Shown here: piece by piece, positions 27,792-37,800 of the stretch | Numbering within the stretch: the stretch's first letter is position 1 | Layout: every line of letters begins with the position of its first letter | Source: Chthoniobacterales bacterium | GTDB lineage: Bacteria; Verrucomicrobiota; Verrucomicrobiia; Chthoniobacterales; UBA10450 | Direction of reading: 5' to 3' | DNA length: 64,000 nt | NCBI GenBank assembly: GCA_035941675.1 | Contig: DASZDT010000004.1 | Span: forward strand, 1,837 to 65,836 | Notes under the pieces: model-generated | The model's input: the letters and a program-made list of their open reading frames with translations, nothing else | What the model was told of the DNA's origin: nothing | Database searches by the model: none | Position numbers and translations under genes: made by a program

Positions 27792-27841
27792 GCGAAGCGA
27801 AATCTAACCACGGATTCCGCGGATCGGCACGGATGAATTCC
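27756..27841. repeat. direct repeat copy B (see 25992-26077)
   Basis: cgaaatctaaCcacggattccGCggatcggcacggatgaattcc versus cgaaatctaaGcacggattccAGggatcggcacggatgaattcc, plus the diverged ATG-proximal codons. Confidence 0.8.
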
Positions 27842-27923
27842 GATCCCAAACGTGAGAGCGCGACGTCAGTTAATGCCTGAAGAGGCGATTGTCTCCCATT
27901 GCCCAAAATGATAATCTCTCTTC

Positions 27924-28145
27924 GTGAGCAGAGTATCTGTCGCTGATGTGCTCGAGCTGAGCGTAAGTGAACGCATCCAGCTTGTGGAGGAAATATGGGA
28001 TAGCATCGCGGCCGTTCCGCAGGCGACTCCGTTAACGCCGGCTCAACGGGAAGAGCTTGGGCGACGACTTGAGGATTATCGGCTGCATCCGGACGAAGGC
28101 TCGCCCTGGGACGAAGTGAGGAGCCGCCTTCTCGCCAGTAAGTAA
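27924..28145 (+). CDS. putative addiction-module antitoxin component (partner type of RelE/ParE toxins)
   Basis: LSVSERIQLVEEIWDSIA...LTPAQREELGRRLEDY...SPWDEV matches the 'putative addiction module component' family pattern (L...eR..L...lwdSl.......l.........el.rR...). Confidence 0.65.
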   Translation: MSRVSVADVLELSVSERIQLVEEIWDSIAAVPQATPLTPAQREELGRRLEDYRLHPDEGSPWDEVRSRLLASK

Positions 28146-28297
28146 TGACCGGCCAGGTCATCTTCAGATCTCGCTGGTGTTCCGGTTCGGCATCGCGAAA
28201 AAAAACTGCGTTTTCACAATTCAAACGTGTCCCTCGGATCGGGGCGATGAGACACAGCCTGGGCGGCAAGGCAGCTACGGAAAACGCCCCGCGTTAG
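28145..28297 (+). pseudogene. possible degraded RelE/ParE-type toxin remnant
   Basis: ATG overlaps the antitoxin stop (TAATG). It starts MTGQVIFRS like ParE/RelE N-termini and then loses similarity. An alternative frame reads FRFGIAKKNCVFTIQTCPSDRG, reminiscent of a toxin C-terminus. Suggests an internal deletion or frameshift. Confidence 0.25.
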
Positions 28298-30729
28298 GGA
28301 AGCGCGGCCACAACCAACGGATCGCCATCCAGGCGACCGTCCAAATCGCGATCGATTCCCATCCGCACGCCGGAGCCAAGCGGAACTCCGGTGATGCTAA
28401 GAATGTCTCCCGCGGCAATCTTTGCTTGCAGCTCCGCCTGCGAGAATGGGCCCACGCCCGTCTTGTCCGACAAATAACTGTTGTTTACTGGATCGTAGAC
28501 GAGCCCGCGCTGCGCACCGTCGACAGTTCCTTTCGCGATCAGGTCGATGTTCGAGGCCGCAGCCTGGCTTTGCAGTACCGTCCAATCGTTCGTCACCGCC
28601 GGGTCAGCGACGTTCGTGGCGGTCACGGTGCGGGTGAATCCCACGGCGGGCGCGGTGCCGGTGTCGAGGCAGAGCAGGAACGCGCTGATGTTCGTCTTTC
28701 GGACTGTGTCGTTCGTAAAGTTGGTGAAGACGGGTCGACTAATGAACGCGAACAGGCCCGGATCGGTGCCATCGTGAGTGAGGCCAAAGCCGTCGAGCGA
28801 CACTGCGCCCGACGCGGTGTTGAAGAATTTCTTCTGATATAAGGTGCGCAGTTGCGGGACCTTCATGGTCTGCGGTTGCTGCATGACGGGACCTGAGGTG
28901 AACGTCTTGTCTGTCCCGGGGCCCGGATCCACCTTGTGGCACATGTTGCACGAGATGGTCGTCGTGTACGGCTCCGTCCGGAACGTGTTCATTCCCGCGG
29001 CGGGGTTGCCGCCGGCATGCGTGGGCGGCAGGGTGCGATCGAGCTGTTGATTTGGATTCGGCGGCAGGTTCATGGTCTCGACGAATTGCGCGAAGGCGTC
29101 CATATCCGCCGGGGTCAGCTGCGAGCCGCCGAGCAGGGAGGCAAAGGCCGGGCTGAAGGAGGTGAACCCGGCGCGGTCACCGCGCCAATGCAGCGGCGCC
29201 AGATTCTTCAATCCTTTCAGGGTCTGCGTTGTCATGGGCCCTTTCATGGGATGCATCGGGAACGTCGTCGTCGCGCCGGTAAGCGAGGCCGGTCCGACGA
29301 CGTTCTGCATCTGGCCGTTTGGATCGCCGAGATCCCACGCGAGCCGATCGTTGGTGCCGTCCAGGTGACACGAAGCACAGGAGACAGTGCCGTTGCCGGA
29401 GAGGCGCGCGTCATACAGGAACCCACGCCCATTCTTAATCACCACCGGAGTCGGATCGAATCCGCCGACCGGGACTTCCGATACGACCGCGTTGGCCGCT
29501 GTGTCCACGACGCTGATCGTGTTCGAGATACGGTTGAGAGAATAAAGTTTTCCACTCCCTGCGTTTAAGGCGAGCCCGCGCGGGCCGCGTTTGTTCCGCG
29601 GATTGACGGCCGCGCCGGCCAAATCAATGCGGGAAGCGACGGTGCCGTCCGCGTTCATCTTCGCGATGCGATCGCTGCCGAAGGCCGCCACGTACGCGAA
29701 GGTCCCTTGGGGCGCGAAGACGATCGCCGTGGGTTGCCCCAGGGCTGTCGCCTGCGCCGATGGATTCGGGAGCACGGAATAATTGACGCCCGGGTTCAGA
29801 TCGGAGATGCGAAGGGCGCCGCCGGCGTTGGAAATGCGGGTAACGCGATTATCGACAAAGTGGGCGCGCAGGTTGGGCTCGAAATGCACGAGGTTCCGGG
29901 CGTCGGTATTGGTGACGAAGATGTCGCCGGTCGTGGGTTGCACGGCCAGGCCGAGATTGCTCGTGCCGACGCGTGGGAAATAGCGCGTAACTGCCAGCGT
30001 GCTCGTGTCGATTTCCGCCACGTCGTTATCCGGCATTGTGTATTTGATGACCTTCCGCCACGTCGTGTCGGTCGCGTCGACAATCAGGCCGACCTTCGGT
30101 GGCTGGGGCAGGCTCCGGTTCGTCGGCTTCGGTTGTGAAGGGGCTTTGTCCGCGGGGATCAACGTCGTGCGGTTTCCCGATTCAGCGAACGCGACATAAA
30201 TTCTCGTCCCGTTGGGGCTCACGGCAAGGGCGCGCGGTTGCTGGCCGTTCAGCGGAATCGTCTTCACCAAGGCGTGCGTCGAGGTGCTGTAGACGCGCAC
30301 TTCGTTGTTGCCTGCGACGCTCACGAAGGCGAACGCCCCCGCAAACACGACATCAGCCGGCTCATCTTTCACGTTGATCGTATCGGTCACGATTCCACGT
30401 GAGAGCGAGACGATGCTCACGCTGTCGGAGAGTTCGTTCACCACCCAGACTTCGTCGTTCGTCAGCGGGTTCACCGAAACGGGCTCGATTCCGACCGGGA
30501 TTTCGTAGGTCAAAACCGGGGGGGTCTGGGTCGCGTCGAAGACTGAGAGCCGCGCATCGGCGCTATTGACCGCGCACAACCAGCGGCCGTCGGGCGAGAG
30601 CCGAAGGGGATTTGTCTGCCGCGCCTCGAAGTTAACGAAGGCAGACGACGGAACCTGCGCCTGGCTCTGCTCTAAAAAAACAGCGAGGGCGCCGGCGAAA
30701 AGGAGGGAGTGGAGCAAGGGGTGGCGCAT
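28294..30729 (-). CDS. secreted YVTN-type beta-propeller fused to a di-haem cytochrome c peroxidase-like domain
   Basis: Signal peptide. Repeated propeller strands (LSPDGRWLCAVNSADARLSVFD, LAVSPNGTRIYVAF). Two haem c motifs: CASCH (SCASCHLDGTNDRLAWDLGD) and CNMCH. Confidence 0.8.
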   Translation of the reverse strand: MRHPLLHSLLFAGALAVFLEQSQAQVPSSAFVNFEARQTNPLRLSPDGRWLCAVNSADARLSVFDATQTPPVLTYEIPVGIEPVSVNPLTNDEVWVVNELSDSVSIVSLSRGIVTDTINVKDEPADVVFAGAFAFVSVAGNNEVRVYSTSTHALVKTIPLNGQQPRALAVSPNGTRIYVAFAESGNRTTLIPADKAPSQPKPTNRSLPQPPKVGLIVDATDTTWRKVIKYTMPDNDVAEIDTSTLAVTRYFPRVGTSNLGLAVQPTTGDIFVTNTDARNLVHFEPNLRAHFVDNRVTRISNAGGALRISDLNPGVNYSVLPNPSAQATALGQPTAIVFAPQGTFAYVAAFGSDRIAKMNADGTVASRIDLAGAAVNPRNKRGPRGLALNAGSGKLYSLNRISNTISVVDTAANAVVSEVPVGGFDPTPVVIKNGRGFLYDARLSGNGTVSCASCHLDGTNDRLAWDLGDPNGQMQNVVGPASLTGATTTFPMHPMKGPMTTQTLKGLKNLAPLHWRGDRAGFTSFSPAFASLLGGSQLTPADMDAFAQFVETMNLPPNPNQQLDRTLPPTHAGGNPAAGMNTFRTEPYTTTISCNMCHKVDPGPGTDKTFTSGPVMQQPQTMKVPQLRTLYQKKFFNTASGAVSLDGFGLTHDGTDPGLFAFISRPVFTNFTNDTVRKTNISAFLLCLDTGTAPAVGFTRTVTATNVADPAVTNDWTVLQSQAAASNIDLIAKGTVDGAQRGLVYDPVNNSYLSDKTGVGPFSQAELQAKIAAGDILSITGVPLGSGVRMGIDRDLDGRLDGDPLVVAALP

Positions 30730-30816
30730 AAAGGCGGCGATTCAACTCCAATCGCGGACAAATAGGAAGTGCTAACTTCGGGGCGCATGCTGTCCCCCTA
30801 ATTGCGGCTGCCTACT

Positions 30817-31302
30817 CTAGCGATCAGTATAACGCTGGGTCAGCGTCAGAATAATATGCGATTTGCCCGCAGCCCCGGGTTCCTGATCGGGTAAGCTTTT
30901 AGACAAGCTGAATCCGCATTTTTGCAGAACGCGCAGCGACGCGGTGTTGTGCGGGGCTACACCGGCGCAGAGTGGCCGCCGTTGTTCGAGGCGGAGAAAC
31001 AAAGAGAGCGCTTCGGTGGCAATGCCGCGTCCCCAAAGCGCGCGGTCGATCCAATAGCCGATCTCGCGCTCCCCGTCGCGCAGGAAACTGGCGATGCTTC
31101 CCGCTACCTGGCCGTCGGCTACGATGGTTTTCGTGAAACAGTTCTCGTCGGCCAGGATCTTGGCCCAGTGCACATCGAACTCAGCCCTGTCCCGCGAACG
31201 GAAGGCAACCATCGCGACCGCGACGGGATCTCGCTGGTGTTCGAAGAAGTGGGGCAGGTCGCCCGGTTCGACATCGCGGAGAACGACGTTTGGTGATTTC
31301 AC
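30817..31302 (-). CDS. GNAT-family N-acetyltransferase (161 aa, GTG start)
   Basis: IGYWIDRALWGRGIATEAL (acetyl-CoA-binding R/Q-x-x-G-x-G/A motif), ASLRVLQKCGF. GTG at 31302 overlaps the POT stop (GTGA). The 570-aa track ORF is an artefactual extension. Confidence 0.75.
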   Translation of the reverse strand: MKSPNVVLRDVEPGDLPHFFEHQRDPVAVAMVAFRSRDRAEFDVHWAKILADENCFTKTIVADGQVAGSIASFLRDGEREIGYWIDRALWGRGIATEALSLFLRLEQRRPLCAGVAPHNTASLRVLQKCGFSLSKSLPDQEPGAAGKSHIILTLTQRYTDR

Positions 31303-32807
31303 ACGACGGCGGCAGCAGGACCGGCGGGGGTGGCCGCTTCGACGGGAGTGGTCTCGGCCCGGTCGGTGATCAGTTTGCGCAGGAACGGATTGAGCACGGC
31401 GAGTGCGATCCCGACCACGAGGCTGCCGATGCCGAGCTTGGCGAACAGCATCGCGTACTCGGGATTCGTGGCGGCGGCGCCGGTGCCGGTCGGCTCGGGA
31501 ACCATGCCGGAGAAGTCGCCGGCAAACAGGGAGGCGAGGCCGGTCACCAGCATCCAGCTTCCCATCATCACGCCCTGGTATTGTTTCGGCGCGAGTTTGC
31601 CGATCATGGCGTATCCGATCGGCATGATGAGCAGTTCCCCGATACTTTGCAGGACGTAGCTCGCGAACAGCCACGCGAACGCGCTCTTGCCGTCGCCGGC
31701 CAGCTTGATGCCCAGCGGCAGAATGAGAAACGCCACCGCCATGAGAAGAAGCGAGGCCGCGAATTGCCTCGGGATATCGATTCTCCACCCGCGCGCGCGC
31801 ATCCGGATAAAGAACGACGCCAGCAACGGCCCGCCGATCACGATGCAAACCGTGTTGATGTTCTGGATCCACTGCGGCTGGATCTGCACGGGCCCCATCA
31901 TCAGGTCCACGTTGTTGACCGCGAACAGCATGAGGCCGCTCGGCGCCATTTGATAGAGAGACCAAAACATCAGCGAACCGATCGCCAGGATCAGGAACGC
32001 CGTCATGTTGCGGCGCTCGCGCCGATCGGGGTGGCGAACCGTAAGATAGATGAGCGTGGCCGCGACCGCGCCGCTGATCGCCTTCAGGATTATGCCGGTG
32101 CTCCCGGGCCGCTGGAGCATGAACCACACGACCGGGACGAGGCCAATGAGAATGGCGAGGCCGGCGACCACCCGGAGCCGGAACTGTTTTGGCGCGACTT
32201 CGAGCAACGGAGTGTTGCGATCGGCCAGCGTCTTCCACCAGAGCAGGGCGAGGACGATGGCGGCGAAGTTGCCGAGCGTGGCGAAGATGAAAAGGCTCGA
32301 ATAACTCTCGGTCGCCTGATAATAACCGGCGGCCGTGAACCCGACGAAGAAGCCGACATTCATCCCGGCGTAATTCCAGAGGAAGGCGCCTTCGCGACGC
32401 GGGTCTTCCGGGGCGAAGCGCTGGGTCAGCATCATGTTGATGCAGGTGACGTTGAGGCCGCTGCCGGTAAGGAAAAGGGCGAGACCGACGTAGAAAAGCG
32501 CGAGCGTGCCGCTGGCGATGCAGGCGCACCCGATCACCTGGAGGCCCATGCTGCCGACAAAAAGGTTGCGGTTCGAGAGGAAGCGGCCGCCGAGGTAACC
32601 GCCGAAAAGGTGCAGGCCGTAATTGAACGCGCCGAATACGCCCATCAGCATCGTCGCCGCTTTCACGGAGAGCTGCAGATGCTTCGTGGCGTAGAGGACG
32701 AGGGTCGAATAGAGGACCGCGAAGCCGAGCGTCGAGAAGATCTGAATGAAGAAGAGCGCGGCGGTTCCCTCCGGCGCCCCGGCGAAACGGCGTTTGAGTG
32801 ATTGCAT
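31299..32807 (-). CDS. POT/PTR2-family proton-dependent oligopeptide transporter
   Basis: FSTLGFAVLYSTLVLY, GAFNYGLHLFGGYLGGRFL (PTR2 signature-like), about 14 TM. ATG 32807 chosen. Confidence 0.85.
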   Translation of the reverse strand: MQSLKRRFAGAPEGTAALFFIQIFSTLGFAVLYSTLVLYATKHLQLSVKAATMLMGVFGAFNYGLHLFGGYLGGRFLSNRNLFVGSMGLQVIGCACIASGTLALFYVGLALFLTGSGLNVTCINMMLTQRFAPEDPRREGAFLWNYAGMNVGFFVGFTAAGYYQATESYSSLFIFATLGNFAAIVLALLWWKTLADRNTPLLEVAPKQFRLRVVAGLAILIGLVPVVWFMLQRPGSTGIILKAISGAVAATLIYLTVRHPDRRERRNMTAFLILAIGSLMFWSLYQMAPSGLMLFAVNNVDLMMGPVQIQPQWIQNINTVCIVIGGPLLASFFIRMRARGWRIDIPRQFAASLLLMAVAFLILPLGIKLAGDGKSAFAWLFASYVLQSIGELLIMPIGYAMIGKLAPKQYQGVMMGSWMLVTGLASLFAGDFSGMVPEPTGTGAAATNPEYAMLFAKLGIGSLVVGIALAVLNPFLRKLITDRAETTPVEAATPAGPAAAVV

Positions 32808-32868
32808 CCGGCGCTGGTTGTGACTCGCTGAGCCGGACGATGTCAAGCCGCGTCCTCGATGCAGCCGA

Positions 32869-33642
32869 TCAGCTTTTCGTCGCCGGCTCCTCATTTCGCG
32901 TCACTCGCGCTGCTTCCTCGTCGTCGGTCCGTTTCCAGAACGCAGCGAAGTTAGCGTCCTTCCCTTTCTTGCCCGGCACTCGATCCATCACCGACGAAAG
33001 CCAGCGCGGCGGCGTCTTGGGCTGGTATTGCGGAACAGCGAGGCTGAAGTTGAGCATCGTCTTCAGGAAGATGAAGACAGCGAAGAAATTCCGGTTCGCT
33101 CCGGTGAACATCATCGCCATCATTCCTCCGACGATCGTCAGATGAATCACGAGCACGCGACTAAGGCTCAGGTTGCCGAGCCGTTCGATCCAGGCAAACG
33201 GTTGGGTTCGCAGCCAAACGAGATCAAACCCGAAATCCGCGACCTGAAAAAACGCGATCGCGGTCAACCCGGCGAGAAGCGAGTGGACGTCGATCCGCGC
33301 TTCCGGGCTGTGATGCTTTGAAATCATGATCAGGCCGAGCGCGCCGAGAAAGACGCCATGAGCAACGGTGAAGGCCAGGGCCGGCACCAAAAACGCCGAC
33401 AGATAAGTCGACCGATCGTTGGATTGCCCTTCCTTACCCTGGGGCGCCTTGTAATCCCAGTGCCCTTTGCTGGGCCGGACACGGCGATGAACAACAATGC
33501 GGATCGCGACGAGCAACGTGCCGACCAATGTCTCCAGCCAATAAAGCAGCAACGTTGTCCCAGCCGACCATTCCCCCACGAACCAGCCCAGCGCCGGCAC
33601 AGCATTCAGCCCGAGAGCAAGGAGAAGAGCCCGGCCGCGCAT
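32869..33642 (-). CDS. multi-pass membrane protein, function unknown
   Basis: Several hydrophobic helices (ALLLALGLNAVPALGWFV, LLLYWLETLVGTLLVAIRIVV, LVPALAFTVAHGVFLGALGLIMI...). Confidence 0.6.
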   Translation of the reverse strand: MRGRALLLALGLNAVPALGWFVGEWSAGTTLLLYWLETLVGTLLVAIRIVVHRRVRPSKGHWDYKAPQGKEGQSNDRSTYLSAFLVPALAFTVAHGVFLGALGLIMISKHHSPEARIDVHSLLAGLTAIAFFQVADFGFDLVWLRTQPFAWIERLGNLSLSRVLVIHLTIVGGMMAMMFTGANRNFFAVFIFLKTMLNFSLAVPQYQPKTPPRWLSSVMDRVPGKKGKDANFAAFWKRTDDEEAARVTRNEEPATKS

Positions 33643-33707
33643 CGAGCCGGCAACGTTACTGACGACGGCGCGCGCTCACCAGTGCTAACTCAAGTCTCAA
33701 GACCGGG

Positions 33708-34796
33708 ATGAGGATTACGCTGGAAGATTTGCGGCGGTTTGCGGTGGGGCGGTCGCTCTTCGCGCCGACGACGTTGCCGCGGGCGCTGGACCGGATGGGA
33801 TTTGTGCAGGCCGATCCGATTCGAGCGCCGGCCAGGGCGCAGGATCTGATTCTGCGGCATCGAGTGAAGGGCTATCGGGCCGGCGACTTGGAACGGCGGT
33901 ATGAGGCGCTCGGGGTCGAGGAGGATTTCTTTATCAATTATGGGTTCGTGACCCGCGCGGTGCAGAGGTTGATGCATCCGCGCGCGGAAGAGCGTGTGCC
34001 GGCGGCGGAGCGGAGGAAGGAAAAGCTGCTGCTGGATTTTGTGACGGAGCGCGGCGCGGTGCATCCGCGTGAGGTGGAAGAACATTTTGCGCATGGAACG
34101 GTGCGGAATTACTGGGGCGGCTCGTCCCATGCGACGACCCAAATGCTCGACGCGCTCCATTACCGCGGAATGCTCCGCGTGGCGCGGCGTGAGAAGGGCA
34201 TTCGGCTTTACCGCCGTCACCGGCATGAACCGGCGCAGCTGGACGAAGCAGGCCGGCGGGCGCGGACCGATGCGCTGGTCGATGTGGTGGTGAACATTTA
34301 CGCGCCGCTCCCGGCGGTGAGTCTTTCGTATTATGTGCGCCGGTGGCGTTTCGCCGCGCCGCAATGGGAGAAGGAGATCACCGGGGCGTTGCAGCGCGCT
34401 CGGGAACGGCTGGCGCAGGCCAGGGTGGACGGCCTCGATTGGTACTGGCCTAACGAGGCGAATCCGGGAAAGGCAAGAGAACCAGAAGGCCTCTGGTTCC
34501 TGGCGCCGTTCGACCCGGTGGTGCACGACCGAAAACGTTTCGAGCTGTTGTGGGGCTGGAATTATCGCTTCGAAGCCTATACGCCGGCGCCGAAACGGAA
34601 GCTCGGGTACTACGCGCTGCCGTTGCTCTGGCGCGATCGCGTGATCGGTTGGGCGAATCTCGCGGTGAAGAACGGGAAGCTGGACAGCGAGTTTGGATAC
34701 GCGGCCGGGCGGCCGCCGCGCGATCGTGATTTCAAGCGCGAGCTCGACGCGGAGCTGGAGCGGATGCGGGCGTTTCTCGGAGCGAATGGTCTGTAG
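33708..34796 (+). CDS. YcaQ/AlkZ-like winged-helix protein (DUF1006, crosslink-repair DNA glycosylase family)
   Basis: LDRMGFVQADPIRAPARAQDLILRHRV contains the Q-hydrophobic-D motif of the YcaQ branch. Also WGWNYRFEAYTPAPKRKLGYYALPLLWRDRVIGWANL. Confidence 0.8.
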   Translation: MRITLEDLRRFAVGRSLFAPTTLPRALDRMGFVQADPIRAPARAQDLILRHRVKGYRAGDLERRYEALGVEEDFFINYGFVTRAVQRLMHPRAEERVPAAERRKEKLLLDFVTERGAVHPREVEEHFAHGTVRNYWGGSSHATTQMLDALHYRGMLRVARREKGIRLYRRHRHEPAQLDEAGRRARTDALVDVVVNIYAPLPAVSLSYYVRRWRFAAPQWEKEITGALQRARERLAQARVDGLDWYWPNEANPGKAREPEGLWFLAPFDPVVHDRKRFELLWGWNYRFEAYTPAPKRKLGYYALPLLWRDRVIGWANLAVKNGKLDSEFGYAAGRPPRDRDFKRELDAELERMRAFLGANGL

Positions 34797-34873
34797 CGAC
34801 AACGCTCTGTCGCCGTAAACCGTTGCTTTTGACATGATCCATCTGATTGACAGCGGTTGTGTGCCGAAAAAAT

Positions 34874-37800
34874 TTAGTATTCTGCTTCAAACGAGGGATG
34901 AACCCACAGGAACTCCTGCCGTTTATTCTGCACCCGCACAAGCCCGCCAAAAGTCGGATCCTCTTCCTTTAACCACGCATGCAACTGTCGCAAAACGCCA
35001 CCTTCTGCCCGAATCGTTGTCCCCGCTTGGAGATCTATGCCGTCGTCCTTCGTCAGCCACTCACCGACCTCTCCTCCACCTTTGAGAAGCGATTCTGCCG
35101 TGGCTTTGCCCAGCGCTAGCTGCGCTTCGATTCCCTTATAACTCGTTTCCGGTAGCGCTACCTTTGCCGTCGCGGCGACGACTGGCAGGAGCAACCCGAG
35201 GGTGCTCGATAACACTTTTAGGAAAGGCGCAGCCTTCACTAGCCACTCACGGGGCAAGTCGATCGTGTACGCACCGGCATCCTTGTCGTCCGAGTAAAAC
35301 CAGAGCGGGCGACGGGAATGTTCGCACCAAAGCGTCAGCCGAAACTTCGCGCTTATCCACTTCGGTCGATCGAAGAATCCCGGCTCCGCCGGTTCGAAGC
35401 TAAAGAGCCGTGGCCCTTCCTTTGCCTCGTCCACCACAGTTCGCATCAACGCAGTATAGGCGTCTTCCACCTTGCTGACGATTTCACGTCCTGTCGCATC
35501 GACTCGATCGAAACGGCCGATCACCTGCACTTCGTGCGCCGCCAATTGCACTCGAATATCATCTAAGCGCTGCATCATCTTGTCCTGATGCGTGAGTAAC
35601 TCTTCTATAGGATTCGCTCGCGCGGCCGGGGCATTGTCGAGTAGTTGATCGATATTCTGCCACTCATTGCAAATCGGGCATGGTTGCTCGGGCCTTCCGC
35701 GCTTTTTGTTTTCGAGCAGCTTGCCAACCTCGAACAATCCTTTGCACACATCTCCGTTTGGTAATGGAACGAGACAGGGTACCGTAACGTCGCAGCGAAG
35801 GCCGCCCCAAAAGCTCTCGACCAGCCATTTCACTTCGTAGGTGAGCGCGGAGAGGAAACGCGGCGGATAGGGCGAACGCACCGTGATGCGTACATCGTTG
35901 CCGATGTGCTCCAGAAAGGCGCGTGCTCCTGTGTCGTCCTCCACCACCAGTCCCCGTTGCCAGTGGACGCTGTCTCTGAAGTTCGCGCGGCCCAGGGAGA
36001 ATTTATGCAGGCGCACAATGAGCTGATAGAAAAGCCCCTCGGCAGTGGCGGATTGATTGTTCGCTGTCTCCACAATTCGGCAGATTTGCAATTGTTGCTC
36101 GTCGCCTTGTGCGAGGTCTTCCGGCCAGACACCCTTGAGGTCCGTCTCTGGACGAACGTCGGGCACTAATTGAGCGATCAAGCTCGTGCCGTCTGTATCG
36201 TTTCCGCCGCCCTCCGCAATTCGATAGGACAGATCGAAGCGCTCCATCAGCCGCAAAAAGATCGAGTGTAGCGGAGCCGGGTACCGAAACTCTGGCGCGC
36301 GAGTGCGATGGTTCCACAATTGGCCTAGTCTGCGAAACGTCACGAGGCCGTGGTTATGGCGAGTGTTCTCATCATCTAACACGAAACTTACTGCAGTCGC
36401 CAGCCAGTCGGGTTTAAGCACCACGATGTTCCTCAGCACCGGGTCGTGTTCATAGTGGATTAGATCACCGACGCGGTGGCAGATGCGGATCAGCAGGCTG
36501 GCATCCTCCTCGTCCACCTTGTGCCTCTTGCAGATTGCGTAAACACGATCCAGTGGCAGATACGCCTCCTTGCTCGTCCGCAATGCTTCCCGCGCCTCCT
36601 GCCAGTGTTTCGGGACGCTTCGCCCTACTTCCGGAAGCGACGCTGCTACCTTGGCGATAGCGTTCTTTAAATCCTCGATGCCTTTGCAAGCGCCGGTCCT
36701 CGCTCCGTTTTTTTCGTTCGGCTCTGGGGGTCGACAATCGACGTGAAAGAAATCAATGACCGTGTTTTCGCCAAAAAGATCCCATATTTCCTGTCGGTCG
36801 ATGTCGGGCTGGCGTGCCTCCGGCCCGCCGTGAGTGGCAACGACGAGGATTTTGGCCTCGGGCTCACGATGCTTGACCAACTTGATCCACTCCTTCACGA
36901 AGCCCTGCTGCGGACCTTCGCGTGGCTTCCACACCACCAGGTAAACGGCCGGGGCGCTGAAGAATAATTGGTGCGTTGGGCGATACACCCGCTGCCCGCC
37001 GAAATCCCAGCCATTTAGGGTGATCTCCGTCGCTGTAGCCGGGTCAATTACTTTTACGGGTTTGATCTCGATGCCGTGAGTCGTGGGACGGCCTTCCTGC
37101 CAAGGATCACCTCGCAACGCGCCAAGCAGGGAGCTCTTCCCCACCTCTCCCTCGCCGACTAGAATGAGCTTTGCCTCATTCAGCACAACCTTTGCGGCCG
37201 CCTTAGCGCGCAGATAGCGTTTGATGGCGTCGAGGCCCATCTTGTAGGCGGCGGCGAGTTCAGGGTTCAACGGATTATCGTCGAGGTCGAGGTTGGTTAG
37301 GTGTTCGAGTTGGGCTAATGAAGGGGGCAGGTCCGTCAGACGATTCCCTCCGAAAGTAGTTCCGAGCCCCAGATCGGTAAGTCCTCGCAGTTGACCGATT
37401 TCATCGGGAATCTGACTGATTTCATTGTCATCCAAGTCGAGCCGTTCCAGTGCATGGAGTTCAACTATCCAAGTTGGGACGATTTCGAGATGATTGCTGA
37501 AAAGGGAGAGCAAAGTCAGTTGCGACAAACTCCGTAGCACCTCCGGGAATTCTTTGAGATTGTTTTTTGGCACCCAAAGTTCCCTCAACCGTGTGAGTTC
37601 GCCCAGCGTGTCCGGCAACGCCGCCAGTTGGTTGTCGTAAAGGCTTATCGATTGCAAACGCGTAAGTTGGCCCACCCACTTCGGCAATATCGTCAGTTGA
37701 TTGCTGGAAAGGTCCAACGACTGCAACTGCACGAGCTGGCGCACGCACTCCGGCAGAATCGTCAATTCGTTATGAGAGAGATCCAGCGACCGCAACTGCA

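Noticed and set aside
34796-34813. Hairpin GCGACA-acgctc-TGTCGC right after the YcaQ-like stop, considered as a terminator.
   Set aside because: The stem is only 6 bp and no adjacent T-run follows, which is too weak to call.
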